Below are positions 1-10,672 of a stretch of 64,000 nt of DNA, in pieces. Position numbers and translations under genes: made by a program. The number at the start of each line of letters is the position of its first letter. Within the stretch, counting starts at the first letter, position 1. The notes below the pieces were generated by a model. The model saw only the letters and a program-made list of their open reading frames with translations, did no database searches and was not told the origin of the DNA. Location: positions 240,513-304,512 of the forward strand of contig BCKQ01000002.1 of the NCBI GenBank assembly GCA_001600695.1, read 5' to 3'. This stretch comes from Ascoidea asiatica JCM 7603. Its lineage: Eukaryota; Fungi; Ascomycota.

Positions 1-1
1 C

Positions 2-880
2 AATGGTCATACTATAAAACATGAATTCAAAAGTAATCAGACTTTAATGGATGTTAGAAACTGGATTGATAATTATAGTGGCAATGAAAATGGTGATAAT
101 AATGACAATTATAATACTAACAGTGATTATAATGTTAATAATAGCAATAAAACTAATAATAATATACCCTACAATTTTTATAAAAATTTGGAAAGAAAAA
201 CATTTTCTGTAACGGAAGAGAATTCGAGTTTAAAAGAGCTTGATTTATTGCCAAGATCAGTACTTATTTTAAAACCAATAACTAAAAAATATTCATCAGC
301 CTATCCAGATAATAATAATAATATTAATAATAATTTTAATAGGGGTGGAATATTTGGAAAAATTAGTAATTTAGTTTATTCATTTCTTGGATATAATATT
401 AATGAAGAAAATTATAACAATAATGGTAATGGAAACGAAGAAAATATTATTCCAAATGATGAGAATAAACATAAAGAAAATAATGACTATAATGAGCAGT
501 CTAAAAATAAAGAAAACTTCGGGAATAATAGAAATAACAATACTATAATGGATTCTAGTGCAGATTATGCTAATGAAAATATGTCTTTTAGTAATAACTT
601 AAATATGGTAAATGACGATAATAAGAATATTAAAATGAATAAGAATAAGAGTCAAGAAGCAATTTCATTTCACGGAAATTTATCTCAATCATCATTATTT
701 TCAATCAGTAATTCAACAGAGGGTTTGAAAACCATTCATTCCAATAACTCCAATAATAAAAACGATAATTGTAACTCCAAAATATCCCAGGACTTAATGA
801 ATAAAAATTTGAAAAAAAAAAAAAATGAAAGATTGACATATAATGGGAATTATTCTAATCTTGAAGACGATAAAAAATAA
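2..880 (+). CDS. UBX-domain protein (Ubx6/Ubx7, UBXN4-like), 5' partial
   Basis: The frame is open from base 2 (NGHTIKHEFKSNQTLMDVRNWID). This and ...RKTFSVTEENSSLKELDLLPRSVLILKP are UBX-domain segments. They are followed by an amphipathic GGIFGKISNLVYSFLG and a C-terminal TYNGN motif typical of Ubx6/7/UBXN4. The start lies upstream of the window. Confidence 0.75.
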   Translation, partial: NGHTIKHEFKSNQTLMDVRNWIDNYSGNENGDNNDNYNTNSDYNVNNSNKTNNNIPYNFYKNLERKTFSVTEENSSLKELDLLPRSVLILKPITKKYSSAYPDNNNNINNNFNRGGIFGKISNLVYSFLGYNINEENYNNNGNGNEENIIPNDENKHKENNDYNEQSKNKENFGNNRNNNTIMDSSADYANENMSFSNNLNMVNDDNKNIKMNKNKSQEAISFHGNLSQSSLFSISNSTEGLKTIHSNNSNNKNDNCNSKISQDLMNKNLKKKKNERLTYNGNYSNLEDDKK

Positions 881-2449
881 TCTAATGGTCTCCAGCTGTT
901 CTTAAATATTATGAGAAGGTTGTACTTCTTTCGTTTTCTTTTATATATTTCAATTAACTAAAATAAATTATCTTACGTTATTACCAATTTGTAAGTCTGT
1001 AGATACAGTACAATAAAAAAAAAATATCAATTTCCGAGGGTTCTTTATTAAACTTACACGTGATTGTATATTTGGAAATACGGTTAAGTTACTAAGGAAA
1101 CGCTGGCTGGAAGAAGTTAGGCAGAAAATGGGAAATTGGAAATTGGAAGAAGGAAAAAGAAATTGGGGGAAAATGTGGAGATAGAGAAAAAACATAATAC
1201 ACCGCAGAATGAAATAACGTTATTGCTGAATTCTATTTCTCACGCTCACGTTGACTTATCCAAAACGGTAATCTTAAATGCGCAAATTGCGTGGATTGTG
1301 TAAGTGGTTATGTCAGTAGGCATCAGCCGGATGATAAAATATATTCCTTTAAGAAATTTGTGCAGAATCAAATTTTTAAGATAAATCGACCCACTAAAAT
1401 CAGCCATTTGAAAAAAAATGTACTACCCTCGCGCACAACAAACGACAATCATTCACATATCGAATATACCCTTATTGTGCTTTTGCGCTGCTAAGAGCTT
1501 TGACTTCTAAGAGCTTACCTAACTTTATTCTGGCTTGGATCAGTAGATCAAGAGTCAGTACTGATAGTACAGTGATCCCGAAAGTTCTTTTCGAAACATA
1601 TGAGGGTATAACATATCTGATAACCATAAGCTTCATGATACTCTGCTCCTATTGGAATATTCGCTAATTACTGTGAGTGAAAATTGACCTGCAATTTGTG
1701 GAACGTCCAAATCTTGCAAAATTTTTTGAAAGCTGGTCCAGTAAAATCTCTGAGTACCAATAAGGTTACTTATAATATTTATTGATCTTCAGAAAAGAGG
1801 AACAATACAAGAATAAGTCACTCTTTAACATCCAACCACCAGTTTGTATTTTTCTTGGTTAAGCTCCGTTAAAATTAAAAACTGCACACGGCAGCATTAT
1901 GTGGTACACCCAATCCGTTTATTGTTTAAAAGGCATATTCATGCATTGAAACTGGAAAAAAATGGCACCAACATTGCGCTGCGCTGAGGTTAACTTTTGC
2001 GCTCAAATTACATTATGTGAATTTATTAGCTTAAGCTATCAAAAAAAATAATCATTTTTTGAGATTTATAAACTCTTACAGTCCAGTTTAACTCAATTAA
2101 TTCAGTTTGATTTAATTCAATTTCAATTTATTATTGTTCAAAAATATTGTTCAATTGTATCATTTATTATTGTCATTCAAACCAATAAATTAATATTTTA
2201 ATTTCATTGAATTCTAATAAGTTTCTTCTGGAATCAATTTAAATATAAATTTTATTTCTCTTAATCCATTATTTTTTTTGCTATATATCTTTTACATCTT
2301 CAATTATAAACCTCTTGTTCTAGGCTTAATTCATTTTTTAATTTTTCTCAAAGTTCGTCTATTCAAAACTCAACGACTATAAATATTCTTCAATAGAAAA
2401 CAATTAAAAGTAAATCATCTAATTGTTCATATACATACTATATATTAAT

Positions 2450-5443
2450 ATGAATATAAATTATACTCCATCAAATTTTAAAAATAATTTGGATGCAAGT
2501 TTTTACTTGAATTCTTCTCAAGATATTACCAACAACAATAGATATGATATCACTAAAACCCCATATCAATATCAAAATTCCAACTTAAACAATTTTCAGT
2601 TCCAAACTCAATTACCAAACCAATTGCCAATTCATTTTTATAATCAATTTCAAAATCAAGCTTCGATTCCATTCTCAAATAAATTACCAAATCAATTATT
2701 CAACCCATTTCAAAATCAATTCCAGTTACCTTTTAAATCACAAGATCAAAATCAAAATCAAAATCAGTCACCCAACTCTTATTTTAATCGAAATTCTAAT
2801 TTATGTTCAAATGCAAAATCAAATTTTATAAATATTAATCAAAATAACAATGCCCCTCCAATAAATATAAAAACGAATAATACTACTAATAGTAGTTTCA
2901 ATACGAGCACAAACATTAATTCAGCCACGAATTCAAATTGCAATGATAATTTCCCTATTACCTTTAGTAATAACTTTAATTCAAACATGGAGAATTGTAA
3001 TTATAATAATAACTCTAATTCTAATAAAAATCAAAACCAATTTCAAGCTAAAAATCAGAATCCAAATTCAAATTATAATCAATTGTTGCCTGATAAACTT
3101 CCTTCTAATAATGACAATTCCTTAATAAATTCACCCAATATAGATGTCATTGATGGTAAAAGCACATTTGAAGTTTTGGAAAGTTTTGAAAATTTAGGAA
3201 CAATAGAAAAAACAGAAGAATTAAATAATTTGGAAGTTTTAGGAGATTTAGAAAATATAGAAAATACACAAAATATTGAAGATTTTGCAGGCTTGGAAAA
3301 CTCAAAGATTTTAAGGCCCTTTGAAAGTTCGGACGCTTTCAATTCTTTAAATTCTTTAAATTCTAACTTGTTATCCAATAACTCTCCTAGTCCAACTTCA
3401 CTTTCCAATTCCTTTCTTACAAATAACTCAACTTCTCCGAAATCTTCAATCACTTTTGATTCTGAATTATCTTTAATAAATGATTCTCCTATTAATATAA
3501 ATCTAAATTTCAATTCAAATTTAAATAAAAATTCTAAAAGTTTACCAAATAATGATTTACTAAATAGTCTCGATAATTTACAACTAAATTCCAATATGAG
3601 CGCCATTAATCCTGCTAATTCAACAACTACAAATTCTGTAGCAGATATAGTAGACACTGTTACTAGTAATGCTATTAATTCAAATCATTCAAGTGATCTA
3701 ATTTATATTAATGATAATCCTAATATTGTAAACGCTTTGAAATTCACGAAAGATACTAATAATAGAACAATAAGCCCAAAAGTTTTAGGTGAGTCAACTT
3801 ATCTTGATAATTATAATTATTTAGAGGAAAGTGATAATATAACTTCTTTCAATGATTCTTTTGATGAACTTGATGAAAAGGAATTTGAAAATGAAAATGA
3901 GCATGAAATTGATATTTATAATACCAGTGATAGTTATAATGATAATGATATAAATTTTAATTATAAATTTGATTTCAAAAGTAATTCTGCCAACGGTTTC
4001 TCGAATATCAATTCAATTTATAACAAAAATTCGATTGAGCATAGTCAAGATAAGATTTATTCTTCTGATCAAGAAAAGAGTAGTTCAAAAGTTCACAAAA
4101 GGTATCAGAATTATCAACATTCACCAAAGTCAAAAACTTTATTTCTCCCATCGGTTTCTAATTCAAAAAAACATTCAAGAAAAAAGTCTTCTTTTTGGCT
4201 TAAAACTGATGTTGATCAAGTTATTTCTGAATGGTATAAAGATCAAAATAATCAAGAACCTTTTGAGATTTTTGAACTTGATGATAAACATCATAAAAAT
4301 GATCAAACTAATAGTAAAAATTTAAATGAAAGTTCAGTTGAGGATAATAATATCAATTTACCTGATCTTAACTTTAGTACAAGTTTTTGTTTATCAAAAT
4401 CTGATTTTGATAATCATGATTTTGCAATCATTGATGATATTGAGGATGATTTAAACAATATTTCCAACGTCAATAAAGCAAGATTAGATAAAATCAATGA
4501 AAACTTTCCTATTGATTCAATAAATAAAGAGGGTGAAACCACTGGTGAAAACGTTAAGATGAGAAAATTTTCAGATCAAAACTCGAATTTAAATATATTT
4601 TCTAACGGTAATAGAAATAAGAACGAGGATGTGTATGATTCAGGGTTCAAAAGTAAGAATTGGAATGGTTCAAAAGTAATTTCAGAGAAAATTGAAAGGG
4701 CAATGGATAAAATTGAAAAGAAATCATGTCATTTTAAAGAAAGAAGAAATACAATTGTTTGTGGAACATCCGATTTAACCAACAATCTTTCTGAAATTCA
4801 ACTGAAAAATTTATGTAAAAAGAAAAAAGCAATTAGAAGAAGAAAAAGAACTAAATCAGAATCCAATATGAATAAAGCAGAATTGCTTTCTTCATTGTTT
4901 ATGAAGAGATCACTAAATAATCTAAAGCAGAAATCAAATTCAATTTTAACTGTGGATGAAATTGAAAAAAACCATTATAAATCTAAATCTGTTTCTGGAT
5001 TGTGTTCTGTAGATTTAGAAGCAGTGAATTTAAATAATAATAAAAATCACATTATGAATGAAAGTATAAATAATGAGTATATTAATGCGAAAAAAGAAGT
5101 GGTTATAGATGAACTGAAGAATTCCGATGAAAAGAATTATAAAGCAAATTGTAAGCTTAATGGAAGACATAATAATAATAATAATAATAATAATAGTAAG
5201 GTTAAGAATATTGATATTAACAATATCAATATGATTTCTACCCAATCAAATAATCCAGAAAAACCATTTCAATGTATTTCATGTGAAAAGTCATTTAGAA
5301 GACAAGAGCATTTAAAAAGGCATTTTAGATCTGTTCATTCAAATGAAAGACCATTTGAATGCTCATATTGTGATAAAAAGTTTAGTAGAAGTGATAATTT
5401 AGCTCAGCACTTAAAGACGCATAGAAAGTCTTTTCAACTTTAG
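2450..5443 (+). CDS. C2H2 zinc-finger stress transcription factor, Msn2/Msn4/Com2 family
   Basis: C-terminal tandem fingers [26 protein letters not shown] and [25 protein letters not shown]; long N/Q/S-rich N-terminus. First ATG is at 2450 (the track start at 2423 is TTG). Confidence 0.85.
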   Translation: MNINYTPSNFKNNLDASFYLNSSQDITNNNRYDITKTPYQYQNSNLNNFQFQTQLPNQLPIHFYNQFQNQASIPFSNKLPNQLFNPFQNQFQLPFKSQDQNQNQNQSPNSYFNRNSNLCSNAKSNFININQNNNAPPINIKTNNTTNSSFNTSTNINSATNSNCNDNFPITFSNNFNSNMENCNYNNNSNSNKNQNQFQAKNQNPNSNYNQLLPDKLPSNNDNSLINSPNIDVIDGKSTFEVLESFENLGTIEKTEELNNLEVLGDLENIENTQNIEDFAGLENSKILRPFESSDAFNSLNSLNSNLLSNNSPSPTSLSNSFLTNNSTSPKSSITFDSELSLINDSPININLNFNSNLNKNSKSLPNNDLLNSLDNLQLNSNMSAINPANSTTTNSVADIVDTVTSNAINSNHSSDLIYINDNPNIVNALKFTKDTNNRTISPKVLGESTYLDNYNYLEESDNITSFNDSFDELDEKEFENENEHEIDIYNTSDSYNDNDINFNYKFDFKSNSANGFSNINSIYNKNSIEHSQDKIYSSDQEKSSSKVHKRYQNYQHSPKSKTLFLPSVSNSKKHSRKKSSFWLKTDVDQVISEWYKDQNNQEPFEIFELDDKHHKNDQTNSKNLNESSVEDNNINLPDLNFSTSFCLSKSDFDNHDFAIIDDIEDDLNNISNVNKARLDKINENFPIDSINKEGETTGENVKMRKFSDQNSNLNIFSNGNRNKNEDVYDSGFKSKNWNGSKVISEKIERAMDKIEKKSCHFKERRNTIVCGTSDLTNNLSEIQLKNLCKKKKAIRRRKRTKSESNMNKAELLSSLFMKRSLNNLKQKSNSILTVDEIEKNHYKSKSVSGLCSVDLEAVNLNNNKNHIMNESINNEYINAKKEVVIDELKNSDEKNYKANCKLNGRHNNNNNNNNSKVKNIDINNINMISTQSNNPEKPFQCISCEKSFRRQEHLKRHFRSVHSNERPFECSYCDKKFSRSDNLAQHLKTHRKSFQL

Positions 5444-5958
5444 TTTCTTTAAATAATTTTTCATCTCAAAGCTATTAAAAAATAAGATTTATTGACTCAA
5501 AAAAAAGACTATGTTGTTTACATTAGCTTGATAATATTTTTTCTTTTACAGTTTTCATTATTTTTGTTTCATAATGTGCAGAATGCTTTTCTGTGATTTA
5601 TAGCGACTTTTGGACAGATAAATTATTGAAATCTAATAATTTTTCATCATTCTTTTTTTTTATTTTTTTTATTAATTTTTTTTTCTCTCATACTTTGGTT
5701 TCTTTTTGTTTCTTGGTTAATAGTTGTGTGTTCATTATTTTAAGTCTTATATTTTCGGGAATCTCTTTATATTTTTCCTTTTCTTTTTTTTTCATTCATT
5801 CAGTCCTATCTGTTTGGTCTTACGACTCTTAATTGTTATGTTATTATGAATTATGGATATTGATTTTCAGTAGGTCGAAGTGAATTAAATAACCTATTCA
5901 CAAGATGAGAGAGAATATGGCTAGCGTACAATCATAACGACTTGAGTGCCATCCCTTA

Positions 5959-5966
5959 TTACCCGG
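5959..5966 (+). promoter_or_regulatory. Reb1-like site TTACCCGG in ERG9 promoter
   Basis: Exact match to the yeast Reb1 consensus about 280 bp upstream of the ERG9 ATG, inside a GC-rich patch. Confidence 0.5.
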
Positions 5967-5969
5967 GGT

Positions 5970-5994
5970 TCGTTTAGCCCGCAGTGTCTCGTAC
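5970..5994 (+). promoter_or_regulatory. Upc2/Ecm22 sterol-regulatory elements (TCGTTTAG; CTCGTAC) upstream of ERG9
   Basis: TCGTTTAG at 5970-5977 matches the AR1/SRE consensus TCGTTYAG, with a second TCGTA core at about 5989. The downstream gene is an ergosterol enzyme. Confidence 0.55.
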
Positions 5995-6241
5995 CGTTCT
6001 CGCGATCTCTTGTCCCCAGTTACAAACAGCCCGGTCGAGAGTGGGCGTGTTTTTCTTAAGTTCTGCCCTTAAATAAAACTGTAGACTGAAAAAGTCCATT
6101 TAAATAGAATACTTAATGCTGCCTTTTCTACTTTTCTTATTACCTTCAATATTTTAGATTTATTCTAGAGAATTATAAGTAATTATTTGATTAGTTCAAA
6201 TCCTTGCTATCTTTGCTACAATAATTTTCAATATAATCAAA

Positions 6242-7780
6242 ATGGGAAAATTAACAGCTTTGTTATTGCATCCAGTTGAATTGGTTTCTGTGATTCATTT
6301 GTATGTAAAATGCGATCCTTGATTTTGATGTTCAAAATAGAATAGATTAATAGTTTTCTGTATACTAACTAAACAATTATCTTTATCATTACAATTACAA
6401 TTCCTTTGTTTGGAATTACTTTTGCTAGCTTTCCTTTTTTTATTCTTCACCTACAGACTTTATTTCAGAAAATCTTTATTTCCAAGAGATGTTCCCAAAG
6501 AATCTGAATCTACAAAGCTTTGCTATAAATATTTAAAACAAACATCCAGGTCTTTTAGTGCTGTTATTATGGAATTGCATCCGGAATTAAGAGATGCTAT
6601 TATGCTTTTTTATTTAATATTAAGAGCATTGGATACTATTGAAGATGATATGACTATTATTCCTTCAGAGAAAACTCCACTTTTGAGAACATTTTATTTA
6701 AAATTAGACTTAAAAGATTGGTCTTTTAATGGGAATTCATTAGATGAAAAAGACAGAATTGTTTTAGTTAATTTTGTGAATATTTTAAATTGTTTTCATA
6801 ATTTAAAACCTGAATATCAAAATGTTATAAAAGATATAACAAAAAAAATGGGTAATGGTATGGCTGATTATATTTTAGACAAACAGTTCAATTTAAATGG
6901 TCTTGAAACTTTAAAAGATTATGACCTATATTGTCATTATGTTGCAGGTTTAGTAGGTGAAGGGTTAACAAACTTAATTGTTTTAGCTAAATTTTCAAAT
7001 GAATCTCTCAATACTAAAATGGATTTAGCTGAATCCATGGGTTTATTTTTACAGAAAACTAATATTATAAGAGATTTTGAAGAAGATTTAACTGATGGAA
7101 GATCTTTTTGGCCAAAAGAGATTTGGTTCAAATATACTAAAAATTTATCTGATTTCAAAAATCAAAAGAATTTAAAAGCTGCTTTACATTGTTCTTCAGA
7201 TCTAGTTCTAAATTCTTTAAATCATGCAATTGATGTTTTAGATTATTTATCTTTAATTCAAGAACAAACAACTTTCAATTTTTGTGCAATTCCTCAAGTA
7301 ATGGCCATTGCAACTTTAGACCTCATTTATCAAAATCCAAATATTTTCAAAAAAAATATAAAGATTAGAAGAGGAACAACTTGTTATCTTATCTTAAAAT
7401 CTAGAACACTAAAAGGTGTGACTGAAATCTTTAGTTATTATGTTAGATCTATTCATCATAAGTCCAAACCGGAAGATCCAAATTACTTGGAAATTGGTAT
7501 ACTTTGCGGTAAAATAGAGCAATTCATTGAACAAATGTTACCATTGGATAACTTACCAAAACAATTACTTGATTCAGGTTTCGAACCTCCTCAAACTGAA
7601 ATATCAAAACAAGTTGAACAAAGATCTAAAAGTGATATAGCAATGTCAGAAATGATCAATAATGAAAAAAGTAAATTATATTTAACTCTACTTGCAGTCG
7701 CTATTGGATGTGCTGCTGTTTGTTCATTTGCAGTTTTTGGTGCTTTTAATAACATAAATATTTTTCACAATGAATTATAA
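6242..7780 (+). CDS. ERG9: Squalene synthase (2 exons: 6242-6300, 6457-7780)
   Basis: Motifs TSRSFSAVIMELHPELR, LRALDTIEDD, YCHYVAGLVG, MGLFLQKTNIIRDF, FCAIPQVMAIATL and a C-terminal TM anchor. Splicing gives MGKLTALLLHPVELVSVIHLLYFRKSLF, colinear with the yeast Erg9 N-terminus. Confidence 0.96.
6301..6456 (+). other. Spliceosomal intron of ERG9
   Basis: GTATGT donor at 6301, TACTAAC at 6363-6369, CAG acceptor at 6454-6456; removal restores the frame. Confidence 0.85.
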
Positions 7781-8449
7781 TCAAAGAATTGAAATTCACT
7801 GTTCACAGTTTTTGTTTATAGTTATGCTTTTTGTACTCTTATTTTTTACATATTCTAAATTTTTAAATTCGATATTATTTTAAGCCATTATTAAATTATT
7901 CAAATCTTTTCACGCTATAATATTAAACTAAAGCATAAGCCCTCTAAAAATGGTTGCCAGATTTTTTTTGGAGTTACTGTATATTCAATTTCCCAATTCT
8001 AAAATTACAATATCTAATATCCTTAAGCAATAGACTGCATATCTTTTTTTTTCCATTAATTTTTGAAGATTTTGATCAAAAACTAAAATAATAGTTGAAC
8101 CTGAGATACTTTATATTTCTCCCTTCATCCGTTCAAAAAACTAAAAAAATACTAGATAAGAAAATGCATAAAAAGTTTTTAAACAACCCATAAAACCAAG
8201 AAAAAAACCAAAATTTACTTTAACGTTTCGGAGTATTTAAATGAAATTGGCAATTCAAAAATAAAATGTATTAGGTATAAAATATAAAAGCAAATGAGAA
8301 AGCTTAATGATGTTTAAATAAAATTAAAAAAAATACATATCAAATGCAAGGTTTGAGAATTGAAATAAACTTTTTAGTTAAGAGACAAGGAAATGTATTT
8401 GATAAAAAGATGAATGCAAGGAGGATTGAGTGAATGAACACTAAAAAGC

Positions 8450-10672
8450 TTATAGGAATAAAATAGCGGCAATAAAAGGAAGTACACTACCAGCAACTTT
8501 AATGGCGGCAGCAGCACCTTCACTGACTGTATATGAAGCAGAAATAGAAGCTAAAGCTGTACGACCTTCAGAATCCTTAGATTTGGAACTTGTTGTTGAA
8601 GCTTCACTGGTAAGCTCAATGATGGTTCCACTACTATAAGAGTCAGTAGTTGAAGTTCCATTATTGTAACTAGCAGAAGAAGTAAAAACAGATGATTCCG
8701 GAGTATATTCAGCAATTGTACTTTGAGTTGAAGTTTCAGTAGAAACAAGAGGACAGTAAGTAGTATAAACAGTGACTTCACTGTTCTCATTTGTTGTGGT
8801 GCTATATTGAACACCAGTTGTAACGGCAGTTGGAGAACAGGCATTGTTACTACAAGAGGTGATTGTAACAACAGCAGTACTTTCTGCTGTTTTAACAGAT
8901 ACAACAGTTGATACAACCGGAGCATAAGTTTTGACAGCGGTTAATGGACAGTAGGTTGTATATTCAGTAGCAGTACCGTGAATGGTTTTAGTTAAAACAG
9001 TGACACCAGTAGTAACAGGGACAGTTGAACATGAATTCTTTCCACATGAAGTAACTGAGACAATGGTTGAAGAAGATGCTTTAACGGTTGACGTGGATAA
9101 CAATGATGATGGATAAGTAGCTTCTAAAGATTTTTTAGTTGTTGAAGAAACAGATGATTCAGTTGCAAATTCAGAAACAGTGCTTTGAGTGGATGTTTCA
9201 ACAGCAGTTAATGGACAATAGGTAGTGTAAACAGTAACTTCACTATTTTTGTTGGTTGCAGTGCTAACAATTACACCAGTTGTAACTGCAACAGAGGAGC
9301 AAGCATTATTTTTGCATGAGGTAATGGTTACAACAGCGGTACTTTCTGCTGTTTTTGTGGTTACAACTGTTGATATAATTGAAGCATATGTTTTAACTGC
9401 AGTTAATGGACAATAAGTAGTATATTCAGTAGCAGTACCATGAATGGTTTTTGTTAAAACAGTGACACCAGTAGTTACAGGAACAGTTGAACAAGTATCT
9501 TTATTACATGAAGTGACTGAAACTATAGTAGAAGAAGCAGCCTTGACTGTTGTGGTTGATAATATTGATGCTGGGTAAGTTGCTTCTAATGACTTTTTGG
9601 TTGTAGAGGAAACTAACAAAACACCACTTGAGCCAGATGATAAAGCAAAAGTTGGTGTGGATGAAGCAAGAGAAGAAGTTGGAAATGAAATTACAGAAGA
9701 TGAAGCAGGGAATACAGCTGATGATGAAATAATTGAAGCCTTGGAACTTTCAGATTCGACTGGTGACTTACCTTTTTTGGTGGTGCTTGATGCTACTGCT
9801 GATGAAACAATTGAAGCTTTTGAGCTTTGGGTTTCAACTGGTGACTTACCTTTCTTAGTGGTACTTGATACAACTTTTGATGAATAAGGAATTGAGGATA
9901 TTATGGCAGATGATTTTAATTCACTAGATGTTGTTGCTGTTGAAGAAAGTGCTGATGCTGATTTAGAAACGCTAGATTCAACGGATGAAGTTACTGATTT
10001 TGATTTTGATTTTGAAACAATACTTGATGATGATTCTGATGTTTGAGAGCTTTCTGTTGTTGGAGTAGCTTTAGCTGACGAGGCTTTGGAAGATACAGAA
10101 GATACAGATGCAGTAGAACTTGAACTGGAGCTAGAACTGGAACCAGAACATTTTGGAGTCCAACAATAATTAGAACTATCAGTTTGACCTTTATTACAAC
10201 CAGTAATATAATCATAAGAAGTCTCATAACTCCAACTAGAGCATTCACCGCTTTTAGAATTTTGACACCAATCAAATTGGATTTCAAATGATTTCATACA
10301 GACACTATCATCATTTGTATCCACATTAACAGTAGCATCTACTGACCATTCTCCTGGGTTTGTTATATCGTAAACTTTTGAGTTATCAGAGTAAAGAACA
10401 ATGGTACTTTGAGAACCAGATAAACCAATGACTTTTAATTCAGATAAAGCATCTGTTGTTAAGGTATCCGAGGCCTTGAAATTAATTGTGACTTTATAAC
10501 TATCATCAGAAACAAAAGATACATCAGAAATTGATATATCGGCTGTTGGAAAACGGCTTGAATGACTTGTGAAATCATAATCTGCACATTCTTCAAAAAC
10601 ACTAGAACATGAGGTACTAGCAGAAGCAGCTTTGGCTAAAACAAAGGCTGCAAAAAGGGTTGAATAAATCAT
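8450..10672 (-). CDS. GPI-anchored cell-wall adhesin/flocculin: Flo11-type N-terminal domain plus flocculin type-3 (Hwp1/Rbt1-like) Cys repeats
   Basis: Signal peptide; Flo11-A-like domain (YKVTINF...LSELKVIGL...FEIQFDWC); S/T-rich stalk; repeated VTSC..C..YTTYCPL units; hydrophobic C-terminal GPI signal (EGAAAAIKVAGSVLPFIAAILFL). Confidence 0.85.
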   Translation of the reverse strand: MIYSTLFAAFVLAKAASASTSCSSVFEECADYDFTSHSSRFPTADISISDVSFVSDDSYKVTINFKASDTLTTDALSELKVIGLSGSQSTIVLYSDNSKVYDITNPGEWSVDATVNVDTNDDSVCMKSFEIQFDWCQNSKSGECSSWSYETSYDYITGCNKGQTDSSNYCWTPKCSGSSSSSSSSSTASVSSVSSKASSAKATPTTESSQTSESSSSIVSKSKSKSVTSSVESSVSKSASALSSTATTSSELKSSAIISSIPYSSKVVSSTTKKGKSPVETQSSKASIVSSAVASSTTKKGKSPVESESSKASIISSSAVFPASSSVISFPTSSLASSTPTFALSSGSSGVLLVSSTTKKSLEATYPASILSTTTVKAASSTIVSVTSCNKDTCSTVPVTTGVTVLTKTIHGTATEYTTYCPLTAVKTYASIISTVVTTKTAESTAVVTITSCKNNACSSVAVTTGVIVSTATNKNSEVTVYTTYCPLTAVETSTQSTVSEFATESSVSSTTKKSLEATYPSSLLSTSTVKASSSTIVSVTSCGKNSCSTVPVTTGVTVLTKTIHGTATEYTTYCPLTAVKTYAPVVSTVVSVKTAESTAVVTITSCSNNACSPTAVTTGVQYSTTTNENSEVTVYTTYCPLVSTETSTQSTIAEYTPESSVFTSSASYNNGTSTTDSYSSGTIIELTSEASTTSSKSKDSEGRTALASISASYTVSEGAAAAIKVAGSVLPFIAAILFL
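8687..9610 (-). repeat. Intragenic tandem duplication, 2 x 462 nt (154 aa)
   Basis: The unit SSTTKKSLEATYP...ESSV occurs at 9149-9610 and 8687-9148; each copy holds two YTTYCPL sub-repeats. Confidence 0.9.
9713..9868 (-). repeat. Intragenic tandem repeat, 2 x 78 nt (SSTTKKGKSPVE...)
   Basis: Two near-identical 26-aa units in the adhesin stalk. Confidence 0.8.

Noticed and set aside
1491-1516. Direct repeat CTAAGAGCTT x2 upstream of the Msn2-like gene
   Set aside because: Only two copies of a 10-mer, with no known motif and no element between them to suggest a target-site duplication.
3079-3657. 192-aa antisense ORF, and similar shadow ORFs (9597-9887, 13272-13619, 45521-45856, 62339-62653)
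   Set aside because: They lie opposite real genes and arise from S/N/T-rich codon bias; no recognisable motifs.
5593-5832. F/I/L-rich short ORFs in 3' flanks (also 15428-15754, 44552-44848, 41460-41780)
   Set aside because: Translations of T-rich terminator regions or of antisense Asn repeats, not membrane microproteins.
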